A DNA stretch of 38,612 bases from NCBI GenBank assembly GCA_009602725.1, contig WELB01000020.1:732824-771435 (forward strand). The letters are read 5' to 3'. The stretch comes from Spirogloea muscicola (Eukaryota). Made by a program: the position numbers and the translations under genes. The notes under the pieces were generated by a model that was not told where the DNA came from, ran no database searches, and was given only the letters and a program-made list of their open reading frames with translations. Numbering within the stretch: the first letter of the stretch is position 1; the number at the start of each line of letters is the position of its first letter. Positions 31,732-38,612 of this stretch are shown in pieces.

Positions 31732-32625
31732 CTGACTAGAGGTTACTGAGCGTTCCCTGGCTGATGTCTTAGTCCTAGCGCGCTCCTAGCGCGTCCTAGC
31801 GCGCGGGCTGGCTTGTCCAGCCCCTATCCTCAATAGGCGAGCCCTTTCTTCTAAGTCAGGCCTCCGGCTTTCGTGGCGGCGCTCCAGCTCCCCAAGTTAG
31901 CTTGTCAGATTTGTTTGTGCTCACCCGTGGGTACTAATGTCATCTTAGGTACCTTAGATTAGGTCTCCGTATTATGTAGCATTGTTTAGTCTGCACTCGA
32001 CTCTGCCTGAACAATGTATTGGCTTGAATTGGCCTCCCTTTCAATTCATGCGCCCCGCGCGCCTTCTCTCTTAGTCCTAGTCGTTTGCGCTCAGGCTCCC
32101 GCAGACCTTGTCCATTCCTTTGGGCTGACTTTTTCCCAGCCACCAGTCAATCTGGCCGCGCTTCTCTCTTCTGGCCCCTTCGAACCTTTGTCAATTCTTT
32201 CTTTGGCTTTGGACATTGTACATTCTTTTTGGGTTGGCTTGCCAGCCCCTCTTCTCTATGGGCGAGCTCTTCTTCTTTTCGGGCTGGCTTTTCACAGCCC
32301 TTGCCCCCATTGGGAGTGCCACTCCTATGGACCTTGCCCATTCTTCTCGGGCTGGCCTTTCCCAGCCCCTACCTACTGTGGGCGAGCACTTGCTTTCGGG
32401 CCTTGGCCGTTCATTTCTTCTTTGCTCGAGCCTCTCAGACCTTGTTCATTCCTTTGGCTGGCCTCTCACAGCCGTGGCCCATTCTGGAATACGCTACTTC
32501 CTGAGCCACTTTAGCATAGGCTTCGCTCTATGTAGCCTCATTTTTGCAGTACTTCTTGCCCGTACAGTGTAGATTGGCTTGAATTGGCCTCCCTTCTATT
32601 TCATGTGACCGCGCCTTCTCTCTGG
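31732..32625 (+). repeat. Head-to-tail array of about eight short 3'-end modules from different retroelement subfamilies
   Basis: Approximate modules: 31732-31851 (LTRGY*), 31860-32070 (class II, SLSDLFVLTRGY*), 32075-32170 (C), 32185-32275 (B), 32275-32330 (D), 32330-32397, 32420-32500, 32505-32622 (class II). Most are followed by a CTT/TTC-type tail. Confidence 0.8.
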
Positions 32626-33486
32626 AAGAGCTTCTTTTTTCCCAGCCTTAGTCTTTCTTCAGTGGAGCTTCTGCGACGTTTCTCAAATTGGCTCTCGCAA
32701 CGTCTAGCCTCGTCTCGTGCCCAAACTCAAGTGGTCCCAAGCATAAAGCACGAAGCCACAAAAGTGGCCATGTTAACGAGTGCTCTCCCCTCCAGCCCCT
32801 TCGAACCTTGTCCACTGTTTTCCAAGCGGCCTCCCACACCCATCGCCCTTCTTAAGAGAGAGCTCTCAACTTCTTTCGCTGAATTTGAATAGTGGCGCAT
32901 GTCCTTGAGCACAGGCCAGCAGCCAGCTCAATTTTTCTGCTCTCACTGCTCGGGTTGTCCACTTTTAACATTCCCATTGTTCACTGACAACTGCAAGCCT
33001 GCTGTGCATAGTGCAAGTTGAGGCAATGAGCAGGCAATGTGAATCCTGTACACCTCGATACACCTGATAAGACACTTGGTACGGTGTGGTGCTCGATGCA
33101 ACCTTGCAAATGTGGCCGTACATGACCTGCCATGAGCGAAAGACTACGTCGAGGCCCTGAAGCAACGGCGGCCAGCAACTGGGCCAAAAGCCTGTAAATG
33201 AAAGATGGACGTAGAGTGAAACGATCTCCAAACAATTTAGACAACCGAGGCAAAGGCAACGCAAGCCATAGTGGGGCGTTAGGCTCGCACCGCCCAAGCG
33301 CAAGTCCGCTGCACACAAGCTGCAGCTTTCCCAACAGAGCTTGCAAGAGCAGCTGCAACCAAAGCATATAGACCACCATCCCAGCACCTTCATTGCATGA
33401 GAATGTGAGCCAGCCAACTGATGCTGCACATTCTTTTGGCCGCCAGAGCCCCTCAAAAAGCGTACAAGCTGCCTTGTGAACCCTTG

Positions 33487-36400
33487 TCATGTTAACGTAG
33501 CCCTGCTCGCCTGCCTCTGCTTCCTCTTCCTTCTCACAGGGCCTTCGGGCTCAGGAGAGGCGAGCTCTTCGCCACTCTTGGTGAGCTTGTGGTGAGTCGT
33601 CCTCTGCGTTGGCGCTTCTTGTTCTTGCATGTCTGTACGGCCACCACCCAAGTTGGCAGACGGAGCAGGCGTTGGCATCTCCTCTTTGCCCACCAGAAGC
33701 GAGGACCCGGCAGCAAACAAGTGCTTGATGTCGTCTAGAGCCCCTGAGGCAAGCAGCGGCTGAATCTCGGACTTGGCCGCCTGGGCAGTCGGGCCATGGC
33801 CGCTCTGGCACATGGCCGCCACCACCTTCGCACTGCAGCATGGCAACAAGGAACGTGCAGCCATGCAAGGGGCTCAGACGAGCTTCTTGTCAAGGTGAAG
33901 GTCGCAACAAGCCCATGCATTTGCACTGCATGAGGGATGAAGGGGCATTGCTCGGCACCTGTGGCCATGCGCCCAAGTGCTACAGCGCCCCCGCAACGCC
34001 GTCTCCCAGAGAACCGCTGTGAAGGGCCGTGCCGCACCGGCTTCGAGAGTACCCAGCACCAGCCGCCGGATCGTGCGTGATGCAAAGTAGTTATCCAGGA
34101 CATGCTCATTAGGGGCTGTGCCGTTAAGCCCAGGCTTGGTTTCTGGCCGAGGCTGTGCTGCTGCCTCCGCAATGGCTGCGTGAACAGCTGCCACCCCCTC
34201 CGACATGGACTTCCACAAGATGCCGCCAGTGCCTCCAGCCGCAACCTGAGTGAGAGCCACAAGATGGACTTGATGAGCATGGCTTCAGTGAGTTCAAATA
34301 GAGAGTGGCATTTGCACTATGTAGATTAATTTCTCAGAAGTTGGAGCACCACGCCTGATTTTACTTCGAAGATGATGTCGGCGCCTTGCTGAGAGCAAAG
34401 CAGCTCCCCAGTATGTTGCACGCAGACCTCGGTCAGCTTCTGGAACCAAGCACAAGCGGGCCGCAATTGGTGTCAGAATGGGGACTGGTATCGAGAATGC
34501 TCCGTGACTGGCGTGTTAAGGTGGTCTTTGAGTCACCATTGCGTGCATGCATGGCACTTGTCATGAATAAGCTGAGAGACGAAGTTGTCGCCACTGCCAA
34601 CCTTGGCCAGGCCGCTGCTCACAAGGAGCTCCGATCGCCGCACTTCGGGATCTTTCTTGCTCCCCACGCCAACAGGCTCCTCCAAGCTGTCGTCTTCCTC
34701 TGCTTGCTCCATTTCCTCTGCAACCTGCAGATTGGCCTCGCCCGCCGCTCCTGCCTCTGAATCATCCTTCATTCCCTCCTCTGCCTCGTCCCCCTTCCTA
34801 TTGCCCTTAGCGCTCAATCTCCGCTTCTTTCTCGAAGCATTTGGCTTTGCTGCTTCAGTAGTTGCAGGGTCGGCCCTGACTTCTTTCTCTTCTTCTTCCT
34901 CTGCAGAGCTCCTCGCTCCATCGTCGGATTTACTCATGCCAGTGTCCTCGCCCACTGTATCCAAGCCTGCCATAGTAGCAAGGACAATAGGAGATGCTGG
35001 GCATGCCTTCAAGTCCTGGATGGCCTATGTCGTTGTCAACACCTCCACAAGCGAGCAGAGATAGAAGAACTGAGAACAGAAAGGAACTGAGCAGCTTCAA
35101 GCAAGGCTCTTTGACAGGTGAAACAGGTAACAGACCTGCCACTCTTGGCTCAGGAGGTTGCAGAGCTGCAATAACGTCTGCTGGAAAATAGCGGCCAGTC
35201 CTTGGCGCAAGCAGGTGCAGCAAGGCCCTTCTGCCAAACTGATGCGAGGAGCAACAAACGGGTTAGGAGAGGGCGACAGCCCATTTGGTGCAAGAGGCGA
35301 GCAACAAGAATGTCCCATATTCCCCACAGAACCCTGCAACACGGACTGCCTACGTTACAAACCACCAAGCTGCTTGTGACATGACTAACATGCTCCCAGA
35401 CACTAAGCGCCTTCGACAAACTCAACAAACAGGCCACCTTTCTCAGCAAGATAGAGACACTGTGAGCAATGCTGTGAGCAATGCTGCTGGCAAACCACCT
35501 TATCAAGGGCGAGCTCCTTTGCTTCCTTATTAATCTCCGACATCACCACCTGCCCTCACCGTGACTCATAAATTGGATGAGAAAGCGCTCTGCCTGACAT
35601 TCCAACATGCCAGCGGCCACATTGCGCAGCCAAAGCAACAGGGCTAAATGCACACTCGGCCCAGCTCGGCTTGGAGGTTCGATGGCTGCAACAACCACCC
35701 ACCTTACTAACGAGCTTGGTATCGTCGACAACATCGAGGACCTTCAGCAGCACCTGCAGGAAGGCAGTTGACCTGTGAGAGCAACCTCGCATATCATCTC
35801 TGCAGTAAGCTTTGTGATCTCCACGAGTGTCCATCCAGGTCCAGCTCTACATGGTGAAGCTCTGTGCAGCCCAGAGGAGCATACCAGATTCCCGTGGTTG
35901 TCGCGTGCTATCTTGCCAATGTGGCCCTTCAGGCCCTTCACTATCTTCTTCCTCTCCTGCAGACACTGCCTGAGGATGAATTGACTGGAATAACAATAGC
36001 AGCATTTGCCCAGCGCTGCGGCCTACAACTCCATTGGCCTTCGTTGACGATGACAGAAGCTGTAAAAGCGGGTGATGAAGGCACGAGCTTGATTAGCACA
36101 CTTGACATAGCTGCTTCACAATTGGCCTGCGGACCTTTGCGGAAGAGAAGGCAATGCAGGCAGCAGCGACGGCGGCACCGTCGCGCGTGTGCACAATGCG
36201 GGGGATCAGCGGGCCTGCCAGCTGGCCAACGACCTCCTCCACCAAGCCCTGGCACCCGGCGGCACAATGCAGACTGTCTGTCAGGCGCCTCGTGCCGAGA
36301 GTAACCCTCTCATGAAGGGCAGCTCCATGCGGCCTTCAAGAGGTCCGTACCTGTGACCCAAACGATTATGATATGGCAAGAAGCTAATAAACAATCTCTG

Positions 36401-38612
36401 AAGCTCGACTGGTGTAGACACCTTGCGCTTGAGCGACATGTATTCACTGAGAACGCGGTGGATGATGGAGTGGTCCACGATGCCCTTCTCCAATATCGGC
36501 TGCAACGCCAGCGTCATGTGTTCCAGGACCGCGCTACGCTTCGGCGCTGCTGCCGTTGCCATGATCTCCGCCAGCCTGACGGGCCGCCGCCGCCCACGCC
36601 GCCAACACAAGTTGGATACAAGTTCGAATGATACAAAATGAGAAGTTGAATGGTAAATGTTGCTCTGTTTGTAAAGCGGCACACCCGTCTCTATCTGGTC
36701 TTTAATCAGGGTGGTGATGAGGACCTCGGAGGCTGGGTGCCCTCGGCTTCCCTGAAGACGCGGAACTCGGGCAGGTAGAACTCTGCAACCAGCTTCTGCT
36801 TCTGGCTGCTGCTTGCCATCTGGTAGGCGTGCTCCATCACTGACGCACGAAATTGCAAGACTCAGTCAACACCCCATGGTAGCAGTATTGAAGGCAGCAT
36901 GCCAGTGTCGCTGTCAGGTGCAGATGGCACTTCACACATTTCGCCACCGAAAAGAGAAATGTTGAGCTGAACCTTGAAAGGTCAGGACTGTAATGCGGAT
37001 AAGCCCACAAGCAAGTTGCAACTGCATCGCTGCATGGTCCAATCCACGTCGGCGCTCGGTGATGTTCAAGCAGGGTGCACAGACGACACAGATAGAGGGT
37101 GCTGACCTGCGGAGGCGGAGGGGTGTCGAAGGAGCGGGACAACCTGTCCACGGAGCTGCGAAATAATCTGCTGCCGCTGTTCCTTCGTAGCTGCAGCCCA
37201 CAAGCCAAGCAGGAGTGCAGACTCATTGACTTCAGATTGCCACCGATGGCCCTATGCCACAATGTGAACTTGGATTTCTATTTGTGACTTTCATCTAGAC
37301 CAACATTCAAGGAGGCCCACGCACCATGATCCAGCATCTTGTTGACAAGGTGATGGGCGTAGGTGTTCTTGGCCAGCTCGACGCAGTGCGGCCGCAGCTC
37401 CGCAAAGACCTCTGCGCGCTCCGCTGCGGCACAGTGCTTCACACATGTCTGCTGGCGATGGTGTCAGCACCGGTCCACACGCAGCAGGCACGGCCATTGA
37501 CACGACTTGCTGGGGGCGGTGTAGGGAGGAGAACAGCTTGGACTACGTAAGAGAGGGCCAGCACCTCCAAACATAAGAAAGCTAGTTCCTATCAATGGCC
37601 GCTCGCTGCTGGCGAGGGAGAAGACTTTCGTGCTGTGCGGACCTGGACGATTCGCGAGTTGGTGTGGGACATGGCCAGCTCCTTGATGCGGCCCCGCACC
37701 TGCACGAGCACGGCAGTGACAAGCCTGCCCCGCAAGGCCGGCCCACCAAATGTCATGGCGAGCCAGCACGAGCACGTCCTTGACCTCTCCATGGCTTCCA
37801 AGCAGCAGGAGAAGAACACAGCAAGTGTAGCAGTAAGCAACGGTTGCCTCAGGGAGGCGAGGCAAATGCGGAAGAGGGTGTCGGCTCACTTGGACCGCTC
37901 CTCTGTTGTGATCCCTCGCTGCCTCATCTTCTCCCACTGTGCTGCCAGGTGCTGCCGCACCCAAGCAACCAAGTCACAGTCACCATGTGCACGCGTACTA
38001 GGCCCGCATGCCAGCATCCGTGCAAGTTGCACAGGAGCGGCAAAGGTACGGGCTGCCTCGCTGGGGACCAGGCTGTCAGCAGCCTGTGCAATGCTAGGCC
38101 CGGGCGTGGGTCTCGTGCCGAAGTACATGGCTGGAGGTGACGCTCAAGACAGGAAGACAAGTGCAGTGTGTATTGATCAATGGAGGGCCTGAGCGGCCAA
38201 AGGCGGAGGTGGGGGAGAGAGGAGGGAGAGGCGAGGAGGAGAGGTGCTGGAGGGTTTAAGGAGGGTTTGAGCGCGGGGGGAGGCTCGGGCTGTCTTGGCG
38301 GCAGCAGGGAGGGCGGACCTTCTCGAGGTCGTACAGGGGCTTGCGGAGCTTCTTGCGCTCCTCCGCCAGCACCTGCGCGCGCCCGGCCACAGCCAGCGCC
38401 GCCACGGCGCTCAGTGGCACAGCCAGGACCACGCTCTCGACACGAGTTGCTTCTAAAGCCTTGACCCAAAACCCTGAAGCCCAAACCCCTAGAACCTAAA
38501 CCCGTCAGAGGTCCTCCGGCAGAGCCGGCGCCGCACCTTGCGCTGCTTCCGGTCCAGCGGAGGCTGCGGCGGCGGCGGCTGCGAGCGCCCGCCCCGGCCG
38601 CCGCGGCTGCCG
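33487..38612 (-). CDS. PUM24: Pumilio homologue 24 / Puf6-PUM3 type nucleolar RNA-binding protein (5' end beyond the window)
   Basis: Seventeen exons: >38612-38537, 38372-38319, 37951-37890, 37724-37643, 37448-37325, 37190-37107, 36839-36725, 36575-36422, 36248-36135, 35956-35885, 35753-35703, 35549-35499, 35238-35136, 34966-34602, 34439-34365, 34245-33959, 33832-33487. Motifs WEKMR, SH..SRIVQTCVK, NTYAHHLVNKMLD, LLRHPSASAVMEHAY, ILEKGIVDHSIIHRVL, IVHTRDG, KERKKIVKGLKGH, VVDDTKLVSK and SKKDPEVRRSELL (CPL-like). Confidence 0.92.
38452..38503 (+). repeat. Degenerate plant telomere-like (CCCTAAA)n tract in a 5' intron of PUM24
   Basis: About seven imperfect 7-mers: TCTAAAG CCTTGAC CCAAAAC CCTGAAG CCCAAAC CCCTAGA ACCTAAA CCC. 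Confidence 0.55.

Noticed and set aside
32075..32500. CRISPR-like repeat-spacer array
   Set aside because: The repeats are degenerate and irregularly spaced, the 'spacers' match retroelement termini elsewhere in the window, no cas genes are present and the context is eukaryotic.
305..38612. Functional gene cluster (stress or cell-wall pathway)
   Set aside because: The genes belong to unrelated pathways (tyrosine catabolism, glycan metabolism, ER targeting, rRNA processing), and the sequence gives no evidence of co-regulation.

Overview
GC-rich, intron-dense eukaryotic DNA; gene content and intron style point to a green-plant (probably streptophyte-algal) genome, which is an inference. Seven spliced genes were reconstructed by hand: two tandem PCC13-62/desiccation-related ferritin-like paralogues (+), homogentisate 1,2-dioxygenase (-), a plant O-fucosyltransferase-family protein (+), a GH127/GH146-type beta-L-arabinofuranosidase (+), SRP receptor beta (-, 5' end in a gap) and a PUM24/Puf6-type Pumilio protein (-, runs off the window end). 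Most larger intergenic intervals hold nests of non-LTR retrotransposons with RT, a zinc knuckle and a restriction-like endonuclease (RLE), resembling the CRE clade. At least six diverged subfamilies are present. Their ORF ends, where retained, read L(T/S)RGY*, and the elements carry a pyrimidine (TTC/TTCT) tail rather than poly(A). Most 3' ends share a GGCTG-loop-CAGCC hairpin (about 30 copies). The most unusual structure is that short 3' ends of different subfamilies are stacked head-to-tail in arrays (best at 31.7-32.6 kb). They also occur in head-to-head and tail-to-tail pairs, which suggests a self-targeting or template-jumping retroelement community. Assembly breaks (N at 7001 and 16367, gap 30799-31199, and possibly the T66 run) fall at GC-rich first exons.
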